Shown: positions 1-9,515 of the stretch, in pieces
How positions within the stretch are numbered: position 1 is the first letter of the stretch
Layout: every line of letters starts with the position of its first letter
Assembly (NCBI GenBank): GCA_029865605.1
Contig: JAOUGE010000005.1
Location: 338 to 64,337, forward strand
DNA from: Candidatus Berkelbacteria bacterium
Lineage (GTDB): Bacteria > Patescibacteriota > UBA1384 > DTJR01
Direction of reading: 5' to 3'
DNA length: 64,000 nt
Made by a program: the position numbers and the translations under genes
The notes under the pieces: generated by a model
What the model saw: only the letters and a program-made list of their open reading frames with translations
What the model was told of the DNA's origin: nothing
The model's database searches: none

Positions 1-1060
1 CAAGCTAAATCTATCTTTTTTAAACAGGATTACAGTTAAAGACAAGGCCCTTTTCACTCGGTCTTTGTCGGCAATGATTGGTGCTGGTTTGCCGCTGGTT
101 AAAGCCTTAGGATTGCTAGCGGCACAGACGACCAATAAGCGCTTCGCGGCAGTAATTAAAAATGTAGTAACTAGGCTGGAGGAGGGAGAAAGCATTGCCG
201 ACGCTTTTTCTCACCAAGGCGGGGTTTTTGATCCGGTTTATATTGCTTCAATCCGTGCCGCCGAATCATCGGGCAAATTTGAGCAGATTCTTCAAGACCT
301 GTCAGAACAGCAGGAAAGGGAATATAAGCTTGCCTCCGGCATAAGAGCGGCAATTTCCTATCCTATTTTTATCGTTGCGGTAATGATAGTTGCCGCGGGG
401 GTTCTTCTGGTAACAGTTGTTCCAAAGCTCGAAGGTTTGTTTGTTGAAATGGAGATGCAACTGCCCCTCTCGACTCGAATGCTTATAGCGGTTTCCAATT
501 TTTTGATTAACTATTGGTATATTATAGTGCTTATTCTGGGTGGCGGCGCTTATGCTATAAGATACTACTTAAAAACCGAACAAGGAAAGTTTTTTTATTC
601 TAAGACAATAATTCGCACCCCGATCGTCAAAGAACTTTTTATTAGCGCCTATATGGCTAGATTTGCGAGGACTTTTGGTATTTTAGGGGGAGCGGGAGTT
701 CCTATAGTCCAGTCGGTGAGATTATTGGCAGGTGTGATGAATAACGTAATTTTTGAGAGAGCGCTTTTAGGGGCTGTTGAAAAAATTCAAAAGGGGGTTC
801 CGCTGTCGACTTCCTTAGTCGAAGAAAATTGTTTTCATCCTCTTGTTATTCAAATGATAGAAGTTGGGGAGCATACAGGCAAAATGGATGAGACAATGTT
901 TTCCTTGGCTCGATTTTTTGATGATGAGACCTCTAAAAAAATTACCAGTGCGATGAGCCTGCTTGAGCCCATTCTACTTATAATCATCGGCGCCGGAGTG
1001 GCTACTATCGTATTCTCGGTTATAATCCCAATTTATCAGTTGACTGGAGGGGTAGAGTAA
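1..1060 (+). CDS. pilC: type IV pilus assembly / type II secretion platform protein PilC/GspF family, C-terminal part (5' end outside window)
   Basis: The reading frame is open from position 2 with no stop before the listed ORF at 65..1060. Translation shows a GspF/PilC-like polytopic membrane protein with repeated T2SF-domain motifs (GLPLVKAL..., EVGEHTGKMDETM). It sits directly upstream of pilin and prepilin peptidase genes. Confidence 0.75.
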   Translation, partial: KLNLSFLNRITVKDKALFTRSLSAMIGAGLPLVKALGLLAAQTTNKRFAAVIKNVVTRLEEGESIADAFSHQGGVFDPVYIASIRAAESSGKFEQILQDLSEQQEREYKLASGIRAAISYPIFIVAVMIVAAGVLLVTVVPKLEGLFVEMEMQLPLSTRMLIAVSNFLINYWYIIVLILGGGAYAIRYYLKTEQGKFFYSKTIIRTPIVKELFISAYMARFARTFGILGGAGVPIVQSVRLLAGVMNNVIFERALLGAVEKIQKGVPLSTSLVEENCFHPLVIQMIEVGEHTGKMDETMFSLARFFDDETSKKITSAMSLLEPILLIIIGAGVATIVFSVIIPIYQLTGGVE

Positions 1061-1140
1061 TTGTTAAGGAGGTGACAAGATATTGCATAACATTAAATTA
1101 GTGTTAAGATAAGTTATATAAGAGATAAAAGGAGGGAAAT

Positions 1141-1671
1141 ATGAAGAAGTTAAGGGCGTTTACGTTAGTTGAACTCTTAATTGTGGTGGTCATAATCGGT
1201 ATTTTGGCGACCTTTGTTGCTATCTCGCTTCTTTCGGCCCGAAGCAAGGCAGCTGATGCAAAGGCGAAAGATTCGGTATCTAAGGTAAGAGACGCGGTTG
1301 AACTTGTTGTCTCAGGCAGTGACAACGGGATAGCGGCACTGGTCAATGCAAATTGCGACATCACCAATGGCGTTGTGCCAAAGGGCGCTGCTATAACGGG
1401 CGGGGAGTCATCGGGGAGCTGTAACGCTAGGTTCTATGATGCCGGGGCGGCAGTCTTCAAGTCGGCTGCGCAGGATGCAAAGGGGGAAAACGCCAGAGTA
1501 TATTCTTCAGATACTGCTGCCGGGGTTTGGGTCATCGTGGGAAAGGCATCAAATTATGTTAATGGAACTGCTGTCGACGCTGAAAAGAGATGTTTCTACT
1601 ATAATTCTAACGGTGGTAATAATATGGGTGCCAGTAAAGCGGGGGATAATACCTGCCAAGGCGTCTATTAG
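1141..1671 (+). CDS. type IV pilin / prepilin-type N-terminal cleavage-methylation domain protein
   Basis: N-terminus MKKLRAFTLVELLIVVVIIGILA is a classic class III signal peptide (G/F cleavage site, E at +5). AGGAGG ribosome-binding site 7 nt upstream. Confidence 0.8.
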   Translation: MKKLRAFTLVELLIVVVIIGILATFVAISLLSARSKAADAKAKDSVSKVRDAVELVVSGSDNGIAALVNANCDITNGVVPKGAAITGGESSGSCNARFYDAGAAVFKSAAQDAKGENARVYSSDTAAGVWVIVGKASNYVNGTAVDAEKRCFYYNSNGGNNMGASKAGDNTCQGVY

Positions 1672-1687
1672 TAACTAACCAAGTGCT

Positions 1688-2452
1688 TTGTCCAGTTGGA
1701 TTATAGTTGTTATATTCGGTCTTGCTTGGGGCTCGTTTCTATCGGTTGTAAAGAACCGTCTCGATAATCTCGGGACGGTTCTTTATACCAGAAGCCATTG
1801 CCCAAAGTGTAAAAGACAGCTAGGAGCGGTTGATCTCATCCCGATTTTGAGTTTTATTCTCCTTCGCGGTCGCTGCCGCTATTGTAAAAAGAGGATAAGC
1901 TGGGAGTATCCGCTGTTTGAAATCTTAAGCCTCATCCTGGCTGTTTTTGTCTATTATAAGTTCGGCTTTAGTCTTGCTTCTGTTGTTTTATTTCTTTCCC
2001 TCTCGGCTTTGCTTGTTTGCTCATTCGTTGATATCCAGAGTCAGGAAGTTGATCTACCTCTCTTTATTTTTGGAATTTTAACAGCGCTTTTTTGGGCTCT
2101 TTTAAGAAACGGAGCTAGTCCTGATGCTTTTAAGGAGCTTTTTTGGGCTGTTGCCGTGGCGGTTGTTGTTCCCCTTGGGCTATATCTTATAAGTCGCGAA
2201 AAGTGGATGGGGTTAGGGGACAGTTTTTTTGCTCTTTGGGTAGGACTTTTATCGGGCTTCCCCCAGGCCGCCTTGGCTATCTTTTTAGCGTTCTTTTTGG
2301 GAGCTATTTTTGGTATAATTGCCTTGGTAATTAAAGGCAAGAGAAAAACATCGAGGGTCGCTTTTGGCCCGTTTATCGGGTTAGGGGGGATAATCGCCCT
2401 CGGTTGGGGCCAACAAATTATTGATTTTTATTTGAGTTTTATTGGTCTTTAA
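1688..2452 (+). CDS. pilD: prepilin peptidase (A24 family, PilD-like), TTG start
   Basis: N-terminal CPKC...CRYC tetracysteine zinc-binding motif typical of PilD, followed by a polytopic membrane domain. Follows the pilin gene. Confidence 0.7.
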   Translation: MSSWIIVVIFGLAWGSFLSVVKNRLDNLGTVLYTRSHCPKCKRQLGAVDLIPILSFILLRGRCRYCKKRISWEYPLFEILSLILAVFVYYKFGFSLASVVLFLSLSALLVCSFVDIQSQEVDLPLFIFGILTALFWALLRNGASPDAFKELFWAVAVAVVVPLGLYLISREKWMGLGDSFFALWVGLLSGFPQAALAIFLAFFLGAIFGIIALVIKGKRKTSRVAFGPFIGLGGIIALGWGQQIIDFYLSFIGL

Positions 2453-2644
2453 ATCTACCCCGTTAAATTAGTTCCAATTCACGGGCATTTAACGGGGCAA
2501 GAGGAGGCCAGGTAGTAGAAATTTGATAAATGCCAAACGCAGCATTTCGGTTCAAAATAAGAAATTTTATAGTCAATTTAATATGGATATGTGAAAGCAT
2601 TTTGCGAAGCAAAATAATCAAATTTTCACTACCCGGGAGGGAAT

Positions 2645-3217
2645 ATGGGAATCAAAAAAAGAAAAGTTAAATCGTTTACTCTAATTGAGCTGCTGATTGT
2701 AATAATTATCGTCGGTATTTTGGCAACTTTTGTCGCAATCAGCCTTGTTAGTTCGAGGGCAAAAGCTAGAGACGACAAAAGATTAGCTGATATTAACTCC
2801 ATTGCTAATGCGATCGATCAGTACTCGACCGAGCATTCAAGGAAATATCCGATCGTAACCGGTGGCGGGCAGGCTGATGAGGACGCCTATTATGTAGTCA
2901 GGGTTTCAAGAAGTACCTTTGTAGACCAGATCGATGACTATCTCAGGCCGGTTCCCGAAGACCCATCGGATAAGGCGGGCTCGGAGGAGTATAGATATAT
3001 TTATGTTGTGAAAGGCGATCGGCTGAAGGCGGCGCTGATAGTTGATAAGATGGAGAAAGGCAGGAGCAAGTGCAATATCCCCTCAAATAACACTTCTGGA
3101 GTGCCCGACACTGTTACGGCCTATATCGATAAAATTGGCGGAACCGTAAACGTTGTTTATGTCGGCTCTATAACACCACCGACAAATCCCAATCCTTGTT
3201 ATTACGTTGAAAGATGA
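2645..3217 (+). CDS. pseudopilin / minor pilin with prepilin-type signal
   Basis: N-terminal FTLIELLIVIIIVGILA prepilin motif. Confidence 0.65.
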   Translation: MGIKKRKVKSFTLIELLIVIIIVGILATFVAISLVSSRAKARDDKRLADINSIANAIDQYSTEHSRKYPIVTGGGQADEDAYYVVRVSRSTFVDQIDDYLRPVPEDPSDKAGSEEYRYIYVVKGDRLKAALIVDKMEKGRSKCNIPSNNTSGVPDTVTAYIDKIGGTVNVVYVGSITPPTNPNPCYYVER

Positions 3218-3693
3218 AGCCAAAATTAAAAGGCCTTACTTTAATTGAACTTTTGATTGCGATTACTGTTTCTTTGATTTTAGTCGTTGCCAGTATCCCG
3301 ATCATTGTTCGCTCAACAGGGAGAGAAGCGCTCCAGGACCAGGCGCGGATCGTAGCTTCTTTTGTCGAAAGGGCAAGAAATTATGCTCTTCATCCCGAAA
3401 ATGAGAATGCCCTAAATTACCGGGTTTATAGGATGAGTGACAATCAGCGGCTAGAAATTGAAAGATGGACTCCGGATGGAACGGGTTATGAGGGCTTTGG
3501 CGAGGAGCTTAAGCTGCCGGACGGTTTTGAGTTTAATGATACTTTCACGTCAATTGTTTTTTACGTGCCCCGTGGCAATTATAATGGGACAAGTGCTACT
3601 CAAGTTGAGATCGAAAAAACTGGCATTAACGGGGGCAAAATCCCGGTTATTATTGAGAGTCCAGGCACAATAAGTATTGGAGAGATCGAATAA
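3214..3693 (+). CDS. pseudopilin (GspH/FimT-like) with prepilin-type signal
   Basis: MKPKLKGLTLIELLIAITVSLIL N-terminus. Overlaps the upstream gene by 4 nt. Confidence 0.6.
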   Translation: MKPKLKGLTLIELLIAITVSLILVVASIPIIVRSTGREALQDQARIVASFVERARNYALHPENENALNYRVYRMSDNQRLEIERWTPDGTGYEGFGEELKLPDGFEFNDTFTSIVFYVPRGNYNGTSATQVEIEKTGINGGKIPVIIESPGTISIGEIE

Positions 3694-3703
3694 CAAGTTT
3701 TTT

Positions 3704-4300
3704 ATGAAAAAGTTGAGATCATTCGGCTTAATCGAGGCGGTAATTGCCTCTACGGTAATGGCCCTGATTTTAATTGGGTCAGCCGTTTTGTCTTCCTCAA
3801 CATTAAAGACATCCGTCGTTGAACAAAATTACCATGAGGCGGAGCATATTGCCGACGCGCTTTTGGAGAAAGTTAGATCAGCCAAGGAGAGTGGGCTTGT
3901 TGTTTTTACTAAAAATCAGGACGCGGACCTCGGTAGCAGCGAGCTTTTGTCGGTTGACTGTTTTGCTACCCCAAAGAGGGACGGTGCCAATTGCAAGACG
4001 GCTGGGGCTGGGGGGACCTATAAGGAACCGTTGCCCTATTATAATGGCATGGTGGAAGACGGCGACGGTTATATATTAGTTAAAAACAATTTAAAAATTC
4101 CTTTCAATAGTTCAAATTTTGCCAACGGTTTTTTTAGATGGAAGATGACCGTTACAAGGTCAACTTCTTGCCAAAGCATTGGTGGTGTATCAATTGATAG
4201 CTGGAAGTGCCGTCTTATCCAGGCTGAAATAAGATGGAATCAGCCAACGGGGGAAAAATCTTATCTTATCCGGCAATATTTTACCGATTGGAGCAGATGA
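3704..4300 (+). CDS. minor pilin (PilV/PilW-like); start moved to ATG 3704
   Basis: MKKLRSFGLIEAVIAS prepilin-like N-terminus begins at the internal ATG. The track's TTG at 3677 overlaps the stop of the upstream gene. Confidence 0.55.
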   Translation: MKKLRSFGLIEAVIASTVMALILIGSAVLSSSTLKTSVVEQNYHEAEHIADALLEKVRSAKESGLVVFTKNQDADLGSSELLSVDCFATPKRDGANCKTAGAGGTYKEPLPYYNGMVEDGDGYILVKNNLKIPFNSSNFANGFFRWKMTVTRSTSCQSIGGVSIDSWKCRLIQAEIRWNQPTGEKSYLIRQYFTDWSR

Positions 4301-5016
4301 TGAAACTTAGGAGTTTTACCCTAGTCGAAATATTAATCGCCTCGACAATATTTACGATTGTGATTATGACGGCTGTCTCCACCTTCGCCTTAATCAGACG
4401 TTCAAATTACAAATCAGCCGACAGCAAGGTGGCTGCCAGCTGCGCCAGGCAAATTGAGGATTTTATCAAAGCCGAAGTTACATCTTCCAATACCTCGCCG
4501 AGGATTGAGCTGATTAAGCAATCCCAGACTAACCGTAACCGTTATAGTATTTCTTCTGTGCCGGGTTTTGACCCGAGCAATTATCCTGTTTTAGGGCTGG
4601 CTCTCTTCCAGGGAGGGCGGGTTAAATTGATTTTCAAAGACCCTTCTCGCTCAGCTAACGGGGGTACTTATAGATATAAAAATGTGGTCTTAGCCTCCTA
4701 CACAAGCGACATTAAGCCAGGGGGAAATATTAATAATCTTTTGATTGCCGATTCATCTCCTCTTTTCTCTGATGAATGCCGAACTAGGGATGAAAATGAG
4801 ACTTTCCGCCTTAAATTTAGAGAAAAATACCCCGTGCAGACCACCACTCCGAGTACTGACGTTTCGGACGATATATACGAGGTGCAGATGGAAGATTCCG
4901 TTTTTCGCTATATTAAAGATGCAGGCAATTTAGATGACCAGTGGGCCCGGGCAGAAGATCAGGGAACGGTATCAAGGATAAATCTTGATGTAACAAATAG
5001 CGTAAGTCAAATATGA
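4297..5016 (+). CDS. minor pilin (PilW/PilX-like); start moved to ATG 4297
   Basis: MMKLRSFTLVEILIASTIFTIVIMTAV prepilin signal begins at 4297, in frame with track ORF 4234..5016. Confidence 0.55.
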   Translation: MMKLRSFTLVEILIASTIFTIVIMTAVSTFALIRRSNYKSADSKVAASCARQIEDFIKAEVTSSNTSPRIELIKQSQTNRNRYSISSVPGFDPSNYPVLGLALFQGGRVKLIFKDPSRSANGGTYRYKNVVLASYTSDIKPGGNINNLLIADSSPLFSDECRTRDENETFRLKFREKYPVQTTTPSTDVSDDIYEVQMEDSVFRYIKDAGNLDDQWARAEDQGTVSRINLDVTNSVSQI

Positions 5017-6002
5017 AAATAAAATCATCAGCTCTTCTTATAACTTTAGCCCTGGGAATAGTTTTGTCAGGGATTATTATCGGGGTGGCGGCAACCTATT
5101 CTCAATTTGTGAAATCCTCGGCCCAAGCCAGAGAGGGCAAGAAGTCTTATCGGGCCGCTTTGAGTGGAATAGAAGACGGCCTTTTGAGATATAAATATTA
5201 CCTTGCTGGCACTCAAAACCCCGCCGACCTTTATGATCTTCCTGACGATCCGATTAGTTTGAACGCTGACGTTTCTTATAGGCTTTCCTTTAAGATGGAT
5301 TCTATTACCTACGGTAACGCCGAGTTTCCTGCTGGTTTTAAAATCGGAACGACAAGTAGCACTGCTGATATAGCTTCACGCCAAGCGGCTATAAGGCAAA
5401 ATGTTGATGATGTAATTGATATTGATCTGTCCTATTTTACTTATTTGCCAGAAGAGGAACAGCCCGAGTCTCTAACGATTCATTTTACCCCCCCTTGCGA
5501 TCCGGCATACTGCACCGCAGCGACCTATAGGCCCTTAAGTGGATATTTTACGGCGATGAACTATCGCCTTGTCGATGTTAAGGCGACAAACGAAGACCAA
5601 ATGATTTATGAGGAGACCGTTAATAGCTCCTCGCTAACCAGTATAGCCGTTCATGTTAATAGTCTTGTCGTCGAGTGCCGAAAAACTTCTAGAAATTGTC
5701 ATTTGAGGATTACGCCCCGGGTGGCTAAAAATTCCTTGGTGGGAGCCGGGAGACTCGAGGGTATGGGCGTGGCCTCTCAGGGCAAACGGGTTTTTCTGGC
5801 AATAGAAGCTAGAACATCTGGCGACCAGAATCCTCTTATTCCATCTACCGGCAAAAGGCCGGGGACAATTACCATTACTTCTGTCGGGGTGGCCAGAGGC
5901 GCTGAGCGGAAACTTGAGGCAAGGGTAGACTCTTCTTCGGGAAGATATATCGGTCTTTTTGACTACGGAATTTATTGCGGAGCTGAATGTATAGGGATTT
6001 GA
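5013..6002 (+). CDS. hypothetical pilus-associated protein with N-terminal transmembrane helix
   Basis: N-terminal hydrophobic segment LLITLALGIVLSGIIIGVAA. Last gene of the pilin operon. No recognisable catalytic motif. Confidence 0.35.
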   Translation: MKIKSSALLITLALGIVLSGIIIGVAATYSQFVKSSAQAREGKKSYRAALSGIEDGLLRYKYYLAGTQNPADLYDLPDDPISLNADVSYRLSFKMDSITYGNAEFPAGFKIGTTSSTADIASRQAAIRQNVDDVIDIDLSYFTYLPEEEQPESLTIHFTPPCDPAYCTAATYRPLSGYFTAMNYRLVDVKATNEDQMIYEETVNSSSLTSIAVHVNSLVVECRKTSRNCHLRITPRVAKNSLVGAGRLEGMGVASQGKRVFLAIEARTSGDQNPLIPSTGKRPGTITITSVGVARGAERKLEARVDSSSGRYIGLFDYGIYCGAECIGI

Positions 6003-6005
6003 TAA

Positions 6006-6413
6006 ATGGATAAAGTTCTCATCTTTTGCGATGGGGGGGCAAGAGGGAATCCGGGTCCGGCGGCAATTGGTGTTGTAATTAAATCACCCGATGGAAAGAC
6101 GGTCAAAGAAATCAGCCGCAAGATCGGCAGGGCTACTAATAATGTTGCCGAATACAAAGCGGTTTTAGCCGCTTTGGGATGGATTTTAGAGAATCAACCG
6201 GCTAATATAATTGAATTTTATTTGGATTCTGAACTTGTAACGCGGCAGCTAAACGGCCAGTACAAGGTCAAAGATACCGATTTGAAGCCGCTTTATTATA
6301 AAATTAGAGAATTGGTTTTTAGCTCGGGCAGGGCAGTGATCTTTAAGCATGTAAGGAGAGAAGAAAATTTGGAAGCAGATAGATTAGTAAATGAGGAACT
6401 CGATCGAGCTTAA
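6006..6413 (+). CDS. ribonuclease H (RNase HI-like)
   Basis: LIFCDGGARGNPGPAAIGVV...NNVAEYKAVLAALGW matches the RNase H DGG(S/A)RGNPGP...E...D core. 135 aa. Confidence 0.65.
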   Translation: MDKVLIFCDGGARGNPGPAAIGVVIKSPDGKTVKEISRKIGRATNNVAEYKAVLAALGWILENQPANIIEFYLDSELVTRQLNGQYKVKDTDLKPLYYKIRELVFSSGRAVIFKHVRREENLEADRLVNEELDRA

Positions 6414-6447
6414 ATTAAAAAAGCAGCCTTCGAATCTGCTGCTCTCA
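6414..6447 (-). terminator. intrinsic terminator (hairpin GCAGC...GCTGC plus T6 on the minus strand) ending the tRNA-Met/element transcript; the same hairpin follows rnhA on the plus strand
   Basis: Minus strand reads gagcagcagattcgaaggctgctttttta. Confidence 0.55.
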
Positions 6448-6466
6448 AACCCTAGTCTTGTTATCT

Positions 6467-6609
6467 TGGTAGCGGGGGTGGGATTTGGTCACAAGTCGGC
6501 GCGCATATTTTTCTTAAAGAGTGTGCCGCTCGCGACCCCGCCTCATCCCGCCGTGGCGGGACTCCGGCCTTCAAATCCCATCGCTCCCAATTCTCGGCTT
6601 ACGCCGATC
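6467..6609 (-). repeat. conserved structured element after a tRNA 3' end, copy 1 (appended to tRNA-Met)
   Basis: Minus-strand order is antisense T-loop segment GGGATTTGAAGGCCGG, hairpin CCCGCC-ACG-GCGGG, GAGGCGGGGTCGCGA, second hairpin, TTGTGACC, then a 21-nt copy of the tRNA T-loop-to-CCA end (CAAATCCCACCCCCGCTACCA). Confidence 0.8.
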
Positions 6610-6686
<77 letters not shown>

Positions 6687-6812
6687 TTCTAGATGCTAGT
6701 ATAGCTTAATACTTAGTAACTTAAAAGTCAATCTCATAATCCTTTTATTTTAATTTGTGGCAAAGCCTTCATTCTGGTAATCTGGAATAAATTTGAGGTT
6801 AAAAGCCGATTA

Positions 6813-7412
6813 ATGTTTTTTATCCGCAATATTCAAAAAATAAGAAAATTCAGGCTAAATTCTAGGCTTAGTTTACTGCTTGGGTTCTTTTTGCTAGTAG
6901 TTTTAGCGAGCATCTTTTTTACCAAGGGCAAAACAGCTCCGGGCAGCTCTATGGCTTCTCCTACCCCAAGCGCTGAAGAATCAGTCCTCGACAAAAATTT
7001 TGCCCTAGAGGTTGAAAAGCTCTCAATCTCGGTACCAATAATTAAGGATGTCGACGGAAGCGATAAAGATAAGTACAACGAGGCTCTCAAAAAAGGATTG
7101 GCTCACTATAAAGGCACTGCCTTACCGGGCGAAAAAGGCAATATTTTCATTTTCGGTCACTCAAGCTCGGATGAGGTCGGGGATTACGGCAAGGTTTTTT
7201 CCCACCTTGATGATCTGGAAAAGGGCGACCTTATCAGGGTTTATTACAAGCTTGAACAGCACGATTATGAGGTTTTTGAAGAGAAGGTTGTTGAAGCAAC
7301 CGATTTGTACGTCCTTGACAGAGGAAATAAAGAAAAGCTGACTCTTATGACCTGTTGGCCGGTGGGAACGAAAGACAAAAGACTTGTCGTCATCGGCTAC
7401 CCTAAGAAATAA
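6813..7412 (+). CDS. sortase family transpeptidase
   Basis: N-terminal transmembrane helix, a conserved His (IFIFGHSS) and catalytic TLXTC motif (LTLMTCWPVG). Confidence 0.7.
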   Translation: MFFIRNIQKIRKFRLNSRLSLLLGFFLLVVLASIFFTKGKTAPGSSMASPTPSAEESVLDKNFALEVEKLSISVPIIKDVDGSDKDKYNEALKKGLAHYKGTALPGEKGNIFIFGHSSSDEVGDYGKVFSHLDDLEKGDLIRVYYKLEQHDYEVFEEKVVEATDLYVLDRGNKEKLTLMTCWPVGTKDKRLVVIGYPKK

Positions 7413-7464
7413 TTGGCTCATAGGATTGAAAAGATTTAAAAAAAGTGTAGAATATTTAGATGCT

Positions 7465-7541
7465 GGCAACGTAGCTCAGTTGGTTAGAGCGAGGGAATCA
7501 TAACCCCTAGGTCACAGGTTCGAATCCTGTCGTTGCCACCA
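7465..7541 (+). tRNA. tRNA with anticodon CAT (Met or Ile2/lysidine)
   Basis: GGCAACG acceptor paired with CGTTGCC, D-arm GCTCAGTTGGTTAGAGC, anticodon loop ATCATAA, T-arm ACAGGTTCGAATCCTGT, encoded ACCA. Confidence 0.8.
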
Positions 7542-7659
7542 GGTTGTTTTTTGGTGAAACGGCGGATTCGAAGGCCGCAGCGAGCGAAGGCGAGCGAGGC
7601 GGGGTCGATTGCCGCGCCAGCAGGTGCGGACAAGTGACCGAATCCTGTCGTTGCCACCA
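7542..7659 (+). repeat. conserved structured element after a tRNA 3' end, copy 2
   Basis: Starts GGTTGTTTTTTGGTGAAACGGCGGATTCGAAGGCCG. Contains GAGGCGGGGTCG, hairpin CCGCGCC-AGCA-GGTGCGG and AAGTGACC. Ends with a 25-nt repeat CGAATCCTGTCGTTGCCACCAGGTT of the tRNA 3' end. Confidence 0.8.
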
Positions 7660-7727
7660 GGTTTTAAGTTAGGCCATGCCACCCCTTGCTTCGCAAGCCT
7701 ACTAGTTTTACGTTTTAAATTTTAAAT

Positions 7728-9515
7728 ATGCGTTCAGATCAAATCAAAGCCATAACCACAATTGTAATAGTCCTTCTTATTGCAGGGGCTTTATTTAACG
7801 TTTTCGGACCGCTTTATCAAAAATCAGCTGAAGAGGTTTCGTTGAGCGATATCTCACGCGAATTCACGTCCGGAACTATTGAAAAAATCACGGTTGATAA
7901 AAATGAGGTTACGGCCCAGCTCAAAGATGGTCGCAACTTTAAAACTTATAAGGAGCAGGATGTATCGCTGGTTGACTATGGGATAACACCGGATAAGGTT
8001 AAAATCGAGGTCAAAAACCCCGACAGCGGCTCATTTTGGCTCACATTCTTGTCGGTCATTTTACCCTTCTTGCTTTTGGGCGGTTTTATCTACTTTATGA
8101 TGCGCCAGGCTCAAGGGGCAAATATTAAGGCGATGAGCTTTGGCCGGTCATCGGCCCGGTTGGCAAATTTTAAAAACAGGATTACCTTTGATGATGTTGC
8201 CGGTCTTGAAGAGTCAAAAGACGAGCTTAAGGAGGTGGTTGAGTTTTTACGCACCCCCGGCAAGTTTAAAAATCTCGGTGCGGAGATCCCCAAGGGGGTC
8301 CTTCTGGTTGGGGCTCCGGGAGTGGGCAAGACTCTTCTGGCAAAAGCTGTAGCGGGTGAGGCCGGCGTGCCGTTTTTCTCGATTTCGGCATCGGAATTTG
8401 TTGAAATGTTTGTCGGGGTTGGCGCCTCCCGCGTACGCGATCTGTTTACCAAGGCTAAGCGCAATGCTCCCTGTGTTATATTCGTTGATGAGCTTGATGC
8501 GATTGGGCGCCAAAGGGGGGCGGGGCTGGGCGGTTCTCATGATGAGCGTGAGCAGACTCTAAATCAGATTTTGGTTGAGATGGACGGTTTTGACACTGAT
8601 GCCAGGGTGATTGTTCTGGCGGCAACTAACCGGCCAGACGTTTTGGATCCGGCCCTTCTGCGTCCGGGGCGCTTTGACCGCCGGGTGATGCTTAATCTGC
8701 CGGATAAGAGAGAACGTGAAGCAATTCTTAAAATCCACATTAAAAACAAACCGATCGAAAAAACTGTTGATTTATCAAGGATTGCCGCCAACACGGTCGG
8801 GATGAGTGGAGCTGACTTGCGCAATATAATGAACGAAGCAGCAATAATCGCCGCTCGGCTCAACCAAAAAACAATCACCGAAAGGGATATTTTCAGAGCA
8901 ATAGAAAAAGTTACTCTTGGGCCGGAGAAGAAATCAAAAGTGATGACCGAAAATGAAAGAGAGATTTCCGCCTATCATGAGGCAGGTCACGCGATCATCG
9001 GCAAGGCGTTGAAGCCGCACGAAGAGTTGCAAAAAATTTCGATTGTCTCTCGAGGGATGGCTCTGGGTTACACTTGGAGTGTGCCTAAAGAAGACTATTA
9101 TCTTAAGTCAAGAACTTCTTTTATGTCTGATATTTCGCAACTCTTGGCCGGCCGAGTGGCGGAAAAAATGATTTTTGATGAGCTGACAACCGGTGCGTCA
9201 AATGACTTAGAGCAGGCAACTAAAATCGCTCGTGATATGGTTCAAGTTTACGGGATGTCTGATGTGATTGGTCCGGTTGCCTTAGGCCAACGCGATGAAC
9301 TTGTCTTTTTAGGGCGGGAATTAGCCGAGCACAAAAATTATTCGGAAAAAATCGCTTCTCAAATTGACAGCGAGATCGAGCGCATAATCAGTGAAGGAGA
9401 GAAAAAAGCCAGAGAAGTTTTAACTAAGAACAAATCGAAGCTCAAAAAACTCGCTACGATTCTTCTCAAGAAGGAAACTCTCGAGAGGGAAGAGCTGGGA
9501 AAGGTTTTGACCTAG
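7728..9515 (+). CDS. ftsH: ATP-dependent zinc metalloprotease FtsH
   Basis: N-terminal transmembrane helices, Walker [12 protein letters not shown] second region of homology, zinc motif HEAGHA. 595 aa. Confidence 0.92.
   Translation: MRSDQIKAITTIVIVLLIAGALFNVFGPLYQKSAEEVSLSDISREFTSGTIEKITVDKNEVTAQLKDGRNFKTYKEQDVSLVDYGITPDKVKIEVKNPDSGSFWLTFLSVILPFLLLGGFIYFMMRQAQGANIKAMSFGRSSARLANFKNRITFDDVAGLEESKDELKEVVEFLRTPGKFKNLGAEIPKGVLLVGAPGVGKTLLAKAVAGEAGVPFFSISASEFVEMFVGVGASRVRDLFTKAKRNAPCVIFVDELDAIGRQRGAGLGGSHDEREQTLNQILVEMDGFDTDARVIVLAATNRPDVLDPALLRPGRFDRRVMLNLPDKREREAILKIHIKNKPIEKTVDLSRIAANTVGMSGADLRNIMNEAAIIAARLNQKTITERDIFRAIEKVTLGPEKKSKVMTENEREISAYHEAGHAIIGKALKPHEELQKISIVSRGMALGYTWSVPKEDYYLKSRTSFMSDISQLLAGRVAEKMIFDELTTGASNDLEQATKIARDMVQVYGMSDVIGPVALGQRDELVFLGRELAEHKNYSEKIASQIDSEIERIISEGEKKAREVLTKNKSKLKKLATILLKKETLEREELGKVLT

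Noticed and set aside
8111-8878. Several ORFs of 70-117 aa inside ftsH on both strands; likewise ORFs inside alaS (36669..37047), secA (53618..55505), uvrD and PBP2 (47555..48264).
   Set aside because: They are embedded in or antisense to long, strongly conserved genes. Shadow ORFs.
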